From assembly GCF_000315625.1 (NCBI RefSeq), contig NW_005434626.1, positions 62,001 through 126,000 on the forward strand: a stretch of DNA of 64,000 bases. The letters run 5' to 3'. The DNA is from Guillardia theta CCMP2712. Taxonomy: Eukaryota; Protista; Cryptophyta. Position 1 is the stretch's first letter, and every line of letters starts with the position of its first letter. Below, one piece after another: positions 38,092-56,548 of the stretch. The position numbers were made by a program, and so were the translations under genes. Below the pieces are notes generated by a model. That model did no database searches. It saw nothing but the letters and a program-made list of their open reading frames with translations, and was not told where the DNA came from.

Positions 38092-39695
38092 CCATGCTTG
38101 GGGGGAGAGGGCGGGTCATGGCAGCGGCACTGCTACATGCGCTGCTCGCAACGGGAGAGGTAGGAAGAGACACGAGCTCTCGCTCTTGTCCAACGGCTCC
38201 TTCCCCAAACCTCCACCATATGATGAGCCAGCATGACGTCAGCAGCAACGAGACGCTGCGATACGTGATGCAGCTCAGAGGGGACAAGCATGTCAGGATC
38301 GCCGAGGGCCTCTACATGTGGGACTGGCGGTACATGAGCCCATGGCTTAGGAGACGACGAGATAAAGTGCGCGAGTTCTGTATGGAACCACATGAGGGAG
38401 GGCAAGTTCACCTGAAAGGCGATCAGGCGGTCCTTGATGGCCAGTGGGACTTTCACCCGCGGTGCTCGGGGTCCTTCACCGACCTTGTTTTCCGGTACAG
38501 CACCATCGTCGTGGATGGACGAGAACTTATGCTGCTCAATGGTGGGTCCTGGGTGGTGAGGATGTGCGAGCTGAAGGCCTCCGGCATGCAGGTCCTTCGT
38601 TGCCAGAGAGACAGCCGAGTGGACATGTCGAAGAGCGTGGTGGGAGGGATCACCTTCGACCCCTACGAGCCCGATGCCAATCAGGATTACCTCAGAGCTA
38701 GTAACGGGCTGGTGGCCATAGAAACGAGCAGAGCGTCTCTGCATTCTTGCGAGCTATCGATGACAGGCTTGCTGGATGGCAGTGCACTCAAGGCCTCTGG
38801 GAAGTCGAGCGTGAAAGCGAGTCAGTGCACCTTCATGCAGAATGTTGTGAGTGTGTTTGTAAGCCAAAACTGCTCCGTGCTGGTGGAGGACAGCGTCTTC
38901 ATGCACAAGAGGTTGAGCCACCTCCTGGTTGGACCTCCTCTTCCCTCCAACGCCAGGCTGAGCTTCTTTCGCAACCGAGGGGTCGGAAGTCTGTGGGGGC
39001 TGAACGGGAGACCCAAGGTGTGGGAAGAGCGAGACAACTTCTTTCCGGAGCAGGAAGAGAAGTCAAACCTCGAGCTGCTACGAGAAAACTTTGCTTATGT
39101 CCCGCTGTACGAAAACAAAGGAATCGGAGAGAAACCTGATTGGCTGCTTGCAAGGGAAGGCGGGTACCTGATAGAGACCGGCGACCACATTGTCTATTGC
39201 CTGACATGCGGGAAAGACAACAATCTCAATCACTTCTTGACGTGTCAGCACTGCTATGATCCGCGACAGCAGTTCCAGCGCAAGTACGGCCTGGGAGATA
39301 TCATGAATGTGACTGCTCTGTTCGACTCCTTGCAAGAAGAGAAACGAGAGAAACGAGAGTTCCGTCGAGACGAAGACATCGAGCGAGCCAGGCAAATGGC
39401 AGAGACAACTCGTCAATGGCCTTGGACGAGGCCCAAGGAGCTTCAGCAAGTGAAGGCAAGCAGCAAGCCCGTCGCTGACTTTCTCGCATCCACTCAACGT
39501 CTGCATACAGTTGAAGAACTGCGGACTAACTTCACTGAAGCTTACAAGGAAAAAGAAACCCTCAAGGCGATGTATCGCAGCAGGCGAGAGGAAGACGTCA
39601 GGGTCCTGCTGGTACAGGCGCAAGAGAAATATGCGCGAGCACGAGCAGCTTTCGTCAAGGCGCTGGATGAGCTGCCCAAGCAAGATCGCTCATGA
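38092..39695 (+). CDS. Hypothetical protein with a right-handed beta-helix-like region, CxxC…CxxC finger and C-terminal coiled coil
   Basis: Long intronless ORF; repeats such as SRASLHSCEL, SSVKASQCTFMQN, CSVLVEDSVF; YCLTCGKDNNLNHFLTCQHC. Confidence 0.6.
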
Positions 39696-40286
39696 GCTTT
39701 GCCGGGAGAGACGATGAAGCGAATGCGAGGCCATCGAGACTTGTGGGCAACAGAGAGAAGCTCTCTGATATCCCGCCTGAAGATGGTCAGAGAGGACAGG
39801 GAGGATGAGACCTTGGCTTGGGGCCTCTGCTGCTGTTTGAGGCGAAGTCAATGCGATCCAGTGATGATATCTTGTATTATTGAATGAATAGAAGGAAACT
39901 GATGCACAATGGCATGACTGGCAAGAGCTGGGAGATGACATGGGCTCTAAATTTTCTTCCTGGAATCTCGAAGTATCGACATGTGCCAACCTTGTCTGGA
40001 GCCGCAGAGGGTTCACCTTTTCTCAATCTTGTCTCGTCCTAGACGAGGTAGCCCACCTCTTGCACTATTTCAGTCTGCCTGCTTGCCCGAGCATGAGCAA
40101 CCGCCTCCCTTGCAGCAGGAGGTGGCATTGCGTTGCCCAGCTCCTGCCCGCTCGGACTACAAGGCGGCCCCTCCTCTGCCTGAGACTTGTCATAACCCGA
40201 CCTCCCTGCTGCTGCTACACTCGTCCTCGTGAATTGCTCGGGCCAAGGCACCGCGCTGCCGGACCTCCTACCTAGCGGAGTATATT

Positions 40287-41237
40287 ACATCACATCAACC
40301 ACATTAGAGCACATCAACCATATTAGAGCACATCAACCACATTAGAGCACATCAACCACATTAGAGCACATCAACCATATTAGAGCACATCAACCACATT
40401 ACACCACATCAACCACATTAGAGCACATCAACCACATTACACCACATCAACCACATCAAGCACATTAGAGCACATCAACCACATTACACCACATCAACCA
40501 CATTAGAGCACATCAACCACATTACACCACATCAACCACATTACACGCACATCAACCACATTAGAGCACATCAACCACATTACACCACATCAACCACATT
40601 AGAGCACATCAACCACATTAGAGCACATCAACCATATTAGAGCACATCAACCACATTAGAGCGACATCAACCACATTAGAGCACATCAACCATATTAGAG
40701 CACATCAACCACATTAGAGCACATCAACCACATTAGAGCACATCAACCACATTACACCACATCAACCACATTACACCACATCAACCACATTACACCACAT
40801 CGACCACATTAGAGCACATCAACCATATTAGAGCACATCAACCATATTACACCACATCGACCACATTAGAGCACATCAACCACATTAGAGCACATCAACC
40901 ATATTAGAGCACATCAACCACATTAGAGCACATCAACCATATAAGAGCACATCAACCATATAAGAGCACATCAACCATATAAGAGCACATCAACCATATT
41001 AGAGCACATCAACCATATTAGAGCACATCAACCACATTAGAGCACATCAACCACATTAGAGCACATCAACCATATAAGAGCACATCAACCATATAAGAGC
41101 ACATCAACCATATAAGAGCACATCAACCATATTAGAGCACATCAACCATATAAGAGCACATCAACCATATAAGAGCACATCAACCATATTAGAGCACATC
41201 AACCATATTAGAGCACATCAACCACATTAGAGCACAT
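40287..41237. repeat. 19-bp minisatellite, about 50 copies (CACATCAACCAYATWASAS)
   Basis: Tandem 19-nt period with variant tails ACATTAGAG, ATATTAGAG, ACATTACAC and ATATAAGAG. Confidence 0.97.
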
Positions 41238-41813
41238 GAAGGAGATGAGGAGGGTCGCTCGCCCGCTCTCCCCGAACCTTGTCTGTCGTTGAAGATCTGT
41301 ATGGTTTGAAACGTCGACCGATCGGAGGGAACAAGTTGCATGTGAGGCTGCCACGGCTGCATCTGGATGGTAGAGTAGAAGTCGTTGGTGTGCCGCTGGC
41401 TCGCGCTCATGGTCTTGTAGACGGTGTTGCTGCTTCGGGTCGCGTCAGGCTCGGCAGAAGAAGAGGAGATCGACCTGGTCTCTTGGGGGCTCTGAAACAA
41501 GTTTGGCTGGTACTGGCATGCTAGTCAGTCTGCGGTACAAGAGCTCTCTTCTCCTACCGACATGTACTGCGTCCCTGCCTGCGTGTACATGGGCATGTAG
41601 CTGGCGCTGCGGGAGGCTGTGAGCGAAGGGGAGGAGGGGAGGAGGGGACCTGAGGTAGTAGGGGTGGGCATACGGCGAAGGCTGAGAGGTCATCATGTTG
41701 GGGTTGAGAGCGACCTGAGACCTGAGGGAGAAGCGATCGGGTCAGCAGAGAAGCGAAACAGCACAAGAGGACCAGGGGCTGAAGGGCGACGCCTGATACG
41801 CCATGGGATTCAT
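41189..41813 (-). CDS. Hypothetical P/S-rich multi-exon protein whose stop lies inside the 19-bp satellite
   Basis: ATG at 41813 (MNPMAYQASP); last-exon ORF 41189-41500. Confidence 0.3.
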
Positions 41814-42518
41814 CTGGACGGCAAGTTAGGGAGCCAAGGAGGAACAGAGAGCGGAGAGCAAAAGAAAATCAGAGATACAAGCGCTCTATGAGGTCAGTGA
41901 AGGAGATGTGGAGATACAAGCGCTCTATGACGTTAGTGTTGCATGCGCCATGCGGTGATTGGAAGCCTCATGCATGGAGAGCTCCATACATGAGATAAGA
42001 CAAGGACGATGACAGAAGTTGAAGATAAGGACGGGGAAGGGAAGGGAAGCAAGGGGAGGCGGAGGGGGGGGAAGGCGAAGAGGAGCGAGGGAGGGAGGCG
42101 AGGGAGGGAGGGAAGCGATTAGGTCCAACGAACGGTAATTAGATTCTATTAGACTGAAATGGAGGGCGGGAAACATGTCGCAGAAGAATGAGGATGGTAC
42201 GGCCCTACTCGCCTCCCTTGCCCCTCCTCTTCCACACCCTCCTCAAGCTTGTCTACCAGCACCCGAACTCACCCTCTTCTTCCTTACTTGCTCGTCCTCC
42301 CAGTCCTCCTGATCTCACGCTCATTCCTCTGCTGCTTTTCCTCGTCTTCCTCCTGCCCTCAACCTCTTCAAGTGTAGAGAGTAGGAAGAAAAGCCATGAG
42401 GAGAAGAGCGACGAATAATGAGAGGAGGAGAGCGAAAGGAGAATGTTGAGTGAGGAAAGACGTGAGGAGGGGCTTCTGAATGATACGACAGGAAAGAAAG
42501 AATTCCTCAAAGAGGATG

Positions 42519-43012
42519 TTTGACAGCAGGAACAGATCTTCGTCTTTGACAGCAGGAACAGATCTTCGTCTTTGACAGCAGGAACAGATCTTCGTCTTTG
42601 ACAGCAGGAACAGATCTTCGTCTTTGACAGCAGGAACAGATCTTCGTCTTTGACAGCAGGAACAGATCTTCGTCTTTGACAGCAGGAACAGAGCTTCGTC
42701 TTTGACAGCAGGAACAGATCTTCGTCTTTGACAGCAGGAACAGATCTTCGTCTTTGACAGCAGGAACAGATCTTCGTCTTTGACAGCAGGAACAGATCTT
42801 CGTCTTTGACAGCAGGAACAGAGCTTCGTCTTTGACAGCAGGAACAGAGCTTCGTCTTTGACAGCAGGAACAGATCTTCGTCTTTGACAGCAGGAACAGA
42901 TCTTCGTCTTTGACAGCAGGAACAGATCTTCGTCTTTGACAGCAGGAACAGATCTTCGTCTTTGACAGCAGGAACAGATCTTCGTCTTTGACAGCAGGAA
43001 CAGATCTTCGTC
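42519..43012. repeat. 26-bp minisatellite, 19 copies (TTTGACAGCAGGAACAGATCTTCGTC)
   Basis: 494 bp = 19 x 26; the only variant is GATC to GAGC in three units. Confidence 0.97.
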
Positions 43013-43881
43013 ATGTATTTCTGTCCCTGTTCATGTCACCTTCCTGAGCTTTGAGTGATATTGCCGTCTCAAGATTGAGTTTTAAAGACGTTTATCCCAT
43101 GGATTCAAGACGTTGTCTATTGTCTCTTACGTTTGAAGAAATCTTTCTCGTGTGTCTTTTGTGCATACAACATGTGTGTGTGACTGCTAAAGTCTGTTCT
43201 GCCAACATGAACCCTCCTACCCGTTTTGAGGGTCAAAACTTCAGTCGCTCTCATCTCGCAACTCTCACGCTGATTCAAGCACTGCCTGTGCCTGAGTGCT
43301 TGGACGGCTGCAGCAACTGAAGTTGAGATGGCAGTCATTCGTGACTTCAATTCGGTCTCGCCCCATTCAAGTAGTCAGATATGCATGACGAGAGTCGATA
43401 CTCCTCTCCTCACAATCAACTCACAGCTTTGACGCTGCTCTTCTGTTCAAATCTGCCCTCGTCCATGTCCTGCCTCCCCTCCCCTCCCCTCCCCTCCCTC
43501 CCCTCCCTCCCCTCCCCTCCCCTCCCTCCCCTCCCCTCCCTCCCCTCAATCTCTTTCGCTGCTTTACGCATTTTTGACTTGATTCCGACAGTCACCCTTC
43601 GCATCTTCACCCCACCCCACCCCACCTTCAACCTTCACTTGGGGAGAAAGTTGACAAACTTCTTAGAGGGTTGGGATACTTTCTGTACTCTTCTGTATCA
43701 TCCAGAGGTCAGCAAAGTTATAAGTCGAGCATTAAGATATATTGCGACATCACTGAGGTAGGCCACTGAGATGGGCGGGGGGGGATGGAGGGATACAGAA
43801 ACCAGGGGTTGTGGTTTTGTCCTCAGCTTTGCGTTGCTTGCAAGACATGGGGTGGGGTGGCACTGGGTAGCGGAGGACAAA

Positions 43882-49218
<5,337 letters not shown>

Positions 49219-49587
49219 GATGACAGGAAGAACGGAGATCTCATCTCCTACATCTAAACCTTCTGCCATTCCCTCTCCCTCTTTTCTCGTCCTACTCTAC
49301 TCCCCTTCTCGTTCTCCCTTCCATCCTCCCTCTCCCTCTTATCCCACACTCCTCCCTTTCCCTCCACTCGTTGAAATGTTCAGGTCTTATTCAATAAACG
49401 TGTCGCATCCGACCCCTTCTCCTCTCTCGTCATGCCCTTTACGGCCGCCAGCATCATCCCTAGCAGAGCGGCGCCAACGAGGGTGCGACGCAGGAGCAAG
49501 GAGGCGGAGGCGGAGGAGGAGGAAAGAGAGAAGAGAAACTCGTCGAAGCTGCGGGGCGTCAGGCAATCAAGAAACGCTACAAGGAGA

Positions 49588-50211
49588 TCAGGCTGACCGG
49601 AGGAAGGAGTAAGGCTCACAGTCCAGCAGCTCTCCAGCAGACGAAATGTCGAGGTGAATTTCATCGATCAAACTCTCTGCATCTGAAGTCAGGCAGGACA
49701 ACATGGACCTCCTCTCTCCCTCCCCCTCTCCTACCAAGTGACTCGAACTTTGCTTCTGCCCGCAGGTGACCTACGATGACGATCTTGATGGAAGAGCCGT
49801 AGAAGTCGTCAGGGAAGGAGTGGAGGAGGTGGGGCTCCACCGTCATGCTCGTGTTTGCGAATTGCGGGTTCCCTGCCAAGAGTAAGCAGAGAGGAGATGA
49901 AAGAGGGAGAGGGGAGATCAGAGGAGATCAGAGGAGATCAGAGGAGGAGGGGCTACATCCAACCGACGTCACCATCTTGTAAGGACCAACGCCGTCAACC
50001 GTCGCCCATCCGAAGTAAATGCCTGTTTCAAAGGAGCGAGGCAGTTGCTTCAGCGCGTCGTGCGGCAGGTTGGCTGCCATGGCGTCAGGATGGAGGAGGA
50101 GAGTAGAAGCGAACCTGTGGGGATGCCGAGCACTTTGCTTCCTCTCCCAAACCCTTTCACTACTTCTCCGCTCATCCTCACCGGAGCTTCCAGCGCCCTG
50201 GGCTCTCGCAT
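49588..50211 (-). CDS. RFK: Riboflavin kinase
   Basis: Spliced GEVVKGFGRGSKVLGIPT/ANL…TGIYFGWA…KMVTSVG/…NPQFANTSMTVEPHLLHSFPDDFYG…HLRAEAKFESL/…LIDEIHLDI. Confidence 0.92.
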
Positions 50212-51965
50212 CTATCGAGCATCGCGGTGAGGCCAATGGAGTGATGAGAGACGAGGAGGAACGAAACCAAGATAGGAGGCGAGAAAGTGAAGAATCAAGG
50301 GATTCATGGAGGGCGGGACCTACAGACGGGCAGGGGGGAAGGAAACCGAAGGAAACCGAAGGGATTGTGGGGGAGGAGGACATGGGAGGAGGATCGAGCA
50401 ACTCTACCGCAACCGCCGGCATGGCGAAGCAGGGCAGGGATGAGGCGCTCAGAGCAGCCCGCCTCAGTACAATCCGAAGCCCTGACTACCTGCTGACTAC
50501 CCGGGGGCCCCCGGGCCCCGGCCACACCGTCACCGTGACTGGCACGGTGTGACACACTGGCACCACCCCAACTTCCCCCTAGCTGCCATGTCAGCCGGCC
50601 AGCGCCCGGCCGCCCCGGCTGCCGGGTGCGTGACGGCCCGGTGTCAGTCATGGCCCAGTGGCGGGCTCAGCCCCCGGACACGCCCGGCCGACTCTGTTAC
50701 CGTACTCGTCGCCGTAGTACCGTACTTACCGTACCAGTACGCCGGCTACCGTTACTCGTACTACGGTACGTACTACGGTACTACCGGCGGTACTCAGTAT
50801 TACTCGTAGGCTACGGTACTCAGTGACTGCTGCTCGTACGCCTGCCCCTGTACTATGATGGTACTCATCACGTGATTCGTAGCACGGTACCGGTACTGTT
50901 CATGGTTACTCGTACGGCTACTACCGGGTACTATTTTTCACTGTGACTGTGCATGTTTGCATTCCACATCATCATTCTCATACTCGCATGTGTCGCCCGT
51001 AGTAGTCGCTCGGACGGGTCTTGCACCCGTACGTCTGGCTCCTGCCCTTCCGTGTCAGTGGGATGCCACTGTCAAGACCAAACTGAGCTACATGGTTCGC
51101 TTCTCAGCCCATGCAACATCTACGTGAGGAGCATCGTGACCCGCAGATGCACGGAAGGCGTCCTGAGCGAGAGGGACTCTTGCTCGCCCTCCAACTCTAC
51201 ATCATCCCCGAGTCAACATCCACGCCTGGCATGTTCATGTTGAGGAGGAGGATGCGGCACTGACCTCCCGTGCTGAGAGCGGGCGCTCATGCAGCCGTCG
51301 ATGCTTTCAAGGCTCGACTTTAGATCCTTGTGATGGCGCGTTCGAGCTCGCTGCTTCCATGCGTAGTCAGCAGCTAGAAGACAGGAGGAAGATGAGGGTG
51401 ACCTGACTGGCATTAGCTGAGAGGTCAAGGAAAGATTCTCTGCAGACGATTGTCACAGAACTTTAGGCACACAAAGAGCTGCTCGTCTTCCTGTTTGACT
51501 GGCTGGGATAGTGCTTGCGAGCATGACGCGAACCGCTGGCCTCCTGTTCAGGGTTGTTATCAATGATTGCAGGGCTGCATCCCCTCCAGCAGCTCTCGCC
51601 GATGCCTCTGACCGTGGAGCTGTTGACGAGGTCTGAGTTCGAGGCGATGTTGGCTGTGTTGCACAGTCTTCCTTGGCAGTCGATCTTCCTCAGGCTGCGC
51701 GTGCCCTCTCCCTGTGCTGACAGCAGCTGTCTGCCCATGACGGGCTGTAGTTGCGTGAGGGAGGTGAAGAGGACAAGAGCGAAAACCTTGATGACGGCGA
51801 AGCGGCTGCAGGAGAGAGGCGCCACTCTACTCGAGCTGACGAGACATGAATGCACCTCCAGCAACCTGACATGGCGTTACCTCCCAGCTGGTGGCTCGCG
51901 GGCCTCGTTGATCTTCGTTGCAGCTTGTCGCTCCGCCGCCTTCACAGCCGCCTGCACACGCAGAT

Positions 51966-52140
51966 CAAGAAACTAGGGTACATCCGTCCCTCAATGATGC
52001 TGGAGCTAGGTGAAGAAACTAGGTACATCCGTCCCTCAATGATGCTGGTGCTAGGCGAAGAAACTAGGTACACTTGTCCCTCAATGATGCTGGTGCTAGG
52101 TGAAGAAACTAGGTACACTTGACCCTCAATGATGCTGGAA
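51966..52140. repeat. 45-bp tandem repeat, about 3.8 copies
   Basis: Unit AGAAACTAGGTACA…CCCTCAATGATGCTGGWGCTAGGYGA repeated. Confidence 0.85.
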
Positions 52141-53995
52141 GAATCCATGCACATCACCTTGGCTGTCGCTTCGATCCAGCTCGCCATGCGAGCGATTCAG
52201 TGAAGACCGTTAAAACACAGACAAGTGGGTCAATCTTTCAAACTTCCTTTCAAATTTTCAAAAATGAAGAAACCAAAATAAAATATGATTGACAAACCTA
52301 GTCAACTTATCACAGCAACTCAAAGCATCACAGAGCAAAGTAGTGCTTCCGAATCTCCTCCTCCTCCTCCTCCTCCTCCTCCTCCTCCTCCTCCTCCTCT
52401 GACTTTGTCGAGGAGCCTGAGGAGCCTGAAGCTTCGATCGATTTTTCGGACTCTTTGACGGTGGGCCTGCCCAGGCGGCTGATGACCGTTGCGGAGCTGG
52501 AGAGCAGGAAGGAATCGTATTGAGCAGGAGTGGGCAGCAAGGGAAGATATGGTCTTGTCTTACAGCCACGAGGGCAGCAAGAGAAGCTATGGTCTTGTCT
52601 TACAGCCACGAGGGCAGCAAGGGCTCTAACGGCAGCACGATTGGATGAACCTCGAGGAGGAGCAGGCAGCAGATCTAAGAAGATGAACGAGGGATGCTCA
52701 CTCGTGCAAGAGGCAAGCCTCACCACCCCTGGTGGTTCCCCTCGACTATAAAAGAATCGTCAACAACTGCCGAATCGATAGTGTTTGTGTTATAACCTTC
52801 ACATCTCTACTCTTCACCTCTACGTGATCCAGCCGAGGTGCCTTGAGCATGCGCTGTAGACGTCTGCAACCCAAAAAGCGTCGGGGGGTGACACGATTTG
52901 GTAGCGTTAAATGGTAGCGTTAAACCCTAAACCAGGTGTAGTGCTTTGTGAAGTTTCCTTCTGTTCCCCTCTCCCATTTGTTTTACTTTCTTGCTTCTGG
53001 ATTACTGTATGTCGTAGCCTCCGGAGAGCTCGAGCGGCGTGGGCCTACTGGGGTACACTTGAGTCAGATACCTCGCGACAAAGAAACAGTTCAAGTGTCT
53101 CATCAGAGTCCCAGGCAACACCCGAAGGTGAGGTTGACCATCATGCCATGCTTTTATCAGGAGCAGCTTGCCATTCACCGTCCGAACCTAGAAGTCTACC
53201 TACACCTTAACCACCTTGCTTGGCTGCCGTACCTTCTTTGATCATTAGCTTACTGGACTCTACTACCTTGCTTGATTAGCTTGCTTGGTCAGCTGAGCCG
53301 CAAAGCGCTGATACAGGTCAACAGTCATGGTTGAGATGATCCACTGAGCCATTCTTCATTGATTGCTGCTGCATTCCTCTTCATGGCATATCGTTCACTG
53401 ATCCATCTATTCCCGTATCGTGAGACAAGTCAAGGCCGCGCCAAGGCCCTACTACCTCTGGTGGCCCTCCTCCCTCCTCCTGCCCTCCCTTCCCCATCCA
53501 GGCCCTAGGCCTGCATCCAGGCGTCATCCAGCAAGGGCTCCCAGGGCCCCAACCAGCAGCCAACCCATGCTCGATGGTCTTCCCTAGGCTCCGTCCTCGA
53601 TGTTCTCGTGCTCTAGCTTGCACGTGCTCCTTGTCTTTCCTTCCTCTGACTTGCTCCTTGTTCTCGTTTCTAGTTTTTTTCCCACGCCCGTATCCTTTGC
53701 TCCTGCTTGTTTCTTGCGCCGTATATGTTCGATCAACCTCCTCCCAACTGTTGATCTATTTCTCGTTCCTCTCTCCTCTCCATCTCTTTCAATCTCTCTT
53801 CTCTGCTTTCCTTTACCATCTCCTCTCTTTGCTGCTCCGTCCCTCCTTGCTCTTGTTTTCTTCAAGCCCGCGGTCCGCTGTCTTGTACAGCTCCGTCTCA
53901 AAGAATAAAAAACCGTACAAATCATAATGACAGACATAGATTCAGAGGAATGGAGGTTGAGAGAGCGAGCGAGTTTGTTTGACCTCTGCAGGCAG

Positions 53996-55720
53996 ATGCT
54001 TCTCTTCCGCCTCTCGTTATGCTTGATGATGCTAGCAACTCGAGCAACTTCCCATCTGCTCGGAGACACGTGCACTGTGAGGCTTCACCTCTCTCGTTTC
54101 TCATCCCTTCTGTCTTTTCCTCTCTCTTTGCATCTCACTTAGATTCAGATTGCTGGCAACGGAGCCACTGGTTATGCCGATGGAGCTGCAGGGGCTGCGA
54201 GTTTTTCGGGGCCCTCAGGCATCTCAACGTGGGCCAACGGTAGGGGTGAGGCCGAAGCCCCACGCCTGAGAGAGCAGCAGGGAACTCCATCCTTGTGGTC
54301 GACACTGGAAACAACGTGGTCAGGCTGCTCGCCAGCGCACAGGTGAATCAGGCGAGCCGCTGCCGAACCTCTGAAACCTGCTGGGAGGTCTCGACGATCG
54401 CCGGGAACGGGAGGCAGGGCGTCGCAGACGGTCAGGCGACATCGGCTGAGTTCAAGTCACCTCAGTGAGTGCCTTGTGCCTTGCTCATGCTGCTTGCACA
54501 GCTCTCCCAGCGACGTGGCCACCAAGACTGATTTCAACACGGGCATGGTGACGGCGCTGGTAAGCGACACCAACAACAAGAAGATCAGGTTCCTCTACGT
54601 GGGTCAAGAACAGGTCGGGAGGTCTGCCAAGCTTGAGCCCTCCTCTGATGTCCCTGACTGTGTTGGTCATCAAGCTTTGTCCAGACTTCCATGCAACAGC
54701 CGTCAGGTGGTTTGTGTCTTGTTATCCCATCGTGACAGACCTCGCATCTCTCAGCTCTTGCGCTGGCCCCGAACCAGGCGACTCTCATCGTTTCTGACCT
54801 TGAGCTCCATCAACTCCTGACCTTCAACATGGCTGATGGCAAGACTTCGAAGTTCGTGGGAAACGGACAACGAGGATATCAAGACGGCGCAACAGCATCG
54901 TTCAACGGCCCGAGAGGACTGACTTTCTCGCCCGATGGAACCTACGTATGCTCTCCTGCTCTCACGCCCATGACCAGCACCTGCTGCAGATTCTTGTGGC
55001 TGACACAGGCAACCATGTCGTGAGGAAAATTGACGTGGGCTCAGCCATGACCTCCACCCTCGCTGGGGCAGCGGGGATGGCGGGATACCAGGACGGGATG
55101 GGAGTGGATGCGAGGTGAGAGGGAAAGGAGGGAGGAGGAAGTTGACGCGCGCAGGTTTCAATCTCCCTACGGCATCACCATCGACTCTGTCGGGCAGTTC
55201 GCGTATGTCTCAGAGACCGACGGGAACAGGATCAGGTGCCTGTGACAGGCGGGGGCCTTGAAGCCTCTGACGCCTGCCAAGGATGATCGACCTTGCAACA
55301 AACGTCGTGTCCTCCATCAGCGGAAGCAGCCTCGGCCTTGCAGGCTCCCAAGACGGAGAAGGATACACAGCGCGATTCAGCGGTGGAAGCGTCATGACGA
55401 CGTGACAATCAGCTGAGGAGGATGTGACTGGGGAGCTGCAGGTCCCAAGGGGGTGACGCTCATGAACGATCAAGTGCTGCTGGTGTCAGACTCGAACAAC
55501 AACCGAATCCGAGCGGTTGCGACCAAGGTGATAAAAGCTCAAGCGATCCGAGCTGACTTCTCTCATATGGTGCCAACAGGATAACATAAAGATCGATCTT
55601 TGTGTATCATCGACTACCACTCAGAATGCGTATGCTTGAGTCCCATCCTCTCTTTTTGTCTCCTAACTCAACCGAATAGGACCGCGACTGCCAACGAGTT
55701 GAACCTTGATGCTCGCGTAA
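53996..55720 (+). CDS. Secreted NHL-repeat beta-propeller protein, multi-exon
   Basis: Signal MLLFRLSLCLMMLA; repeats IAGNGATGYADG…FSGPSGI…DTGNNVVR, VGNGQRGYQDG…FNGPRGL, LAGAAGMAGYQDG…FNLPYGI, SDSNNNRIR. 3' end uncertain. Confidence 0.85.
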
Positions 55721-56548
55721 GTGTAACAAGCCTCCTGAGTATGATTCTGCTTCTTGCGTGGACGTGTTAGATTTAGATAGATTTACAAACATGCTGCCAG
55801 AAACAACTGATGCTCGCCTGATAGTAGAAGCTACTTTCCCCATATCAAATGAGCTTCTTCACCTAAGTTCACCTCTTCTCACTCTCCGAGTCAGTCAAGT
55901 GACATCGGTCAAGGACACTCGAGAACAGCTAAGCGCCTTCAGGCGGCCCGAGACCGACCGTAGGCTGAAGGAGACATGGTGAGGAAAACACGCACACAAT
56001 TCGCAACGACAAGAGCTGCGCAAACACACAACTTCCCTTGGCACAGTACCGTCATCAGCGCAGCCCTGCATCAGTCTGTCCGCTGCCCTACCAGGTGGAC
56101 ATGTCCGTTCTCCGGCGCCGGGAGGTTGGCAGAGCTACCAATTGCCGCCCGCTTTGTGGCGGCAGCGGACGTCTCGACTGACAGTGGTCAGTCGGCTGCC
56201 TCCGGGTATCGCGTCTAAGGGATTTATTCCTCCTGCATGTTGTTGCTTGATTGCTTGTCCCTTCGGCTGCTTGTCTGCACGGCTTCGCGCTTGGGCTGGC
56301 GGTGCCGCGTCTGGGTGCCAGCAGTGCTGGTTCTTTTCGGGCTTGTGTTTTGTGTGTGATTGTGCAGCTTCTCGCTGTGCGCTGTGTGCCAGGAGGTTTA
56401 GCTTGATCCTGCTTTGTTTTGCTTGAGGCACTTTTTACCTTCTGCCAGTAAATCCAATACCGATGGGGGAAACACGTCGAGTGGCGCCGACGATCGGCGC
56501 GGAGCTGGCGAAGCGTCTCCGTCCCTCACTGTGACGTCGGGTGCCTCC

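Noticed and set aside
40287-43012. CRISPR-like arrays
   Set aside because: Contiguous tandem repeats with no unique spacers, no cas genes and a eukaryotic context.
51200-52750. Possible minus-strand multi-exon gene with a poly-E tract
   Set aside because: Could not assemble a credible model; the region is repeat-laden and no homology was recognised.
52919-52933. TAAACCCTAAACC telomere or telo-box motif
   Set aside because: Fewer than two units; insufficient to call a telomere remnant or regulatory site.
56215-56457. Recurring ~260-nt unit as an LTR or spliced-leader RNA gene
   Set aside because: It directly follows the stop codon of the endonuclease ORF, is variably 5'-truncated and lacks TG…CA ends, so it is best explained as the element's 3' UTR.
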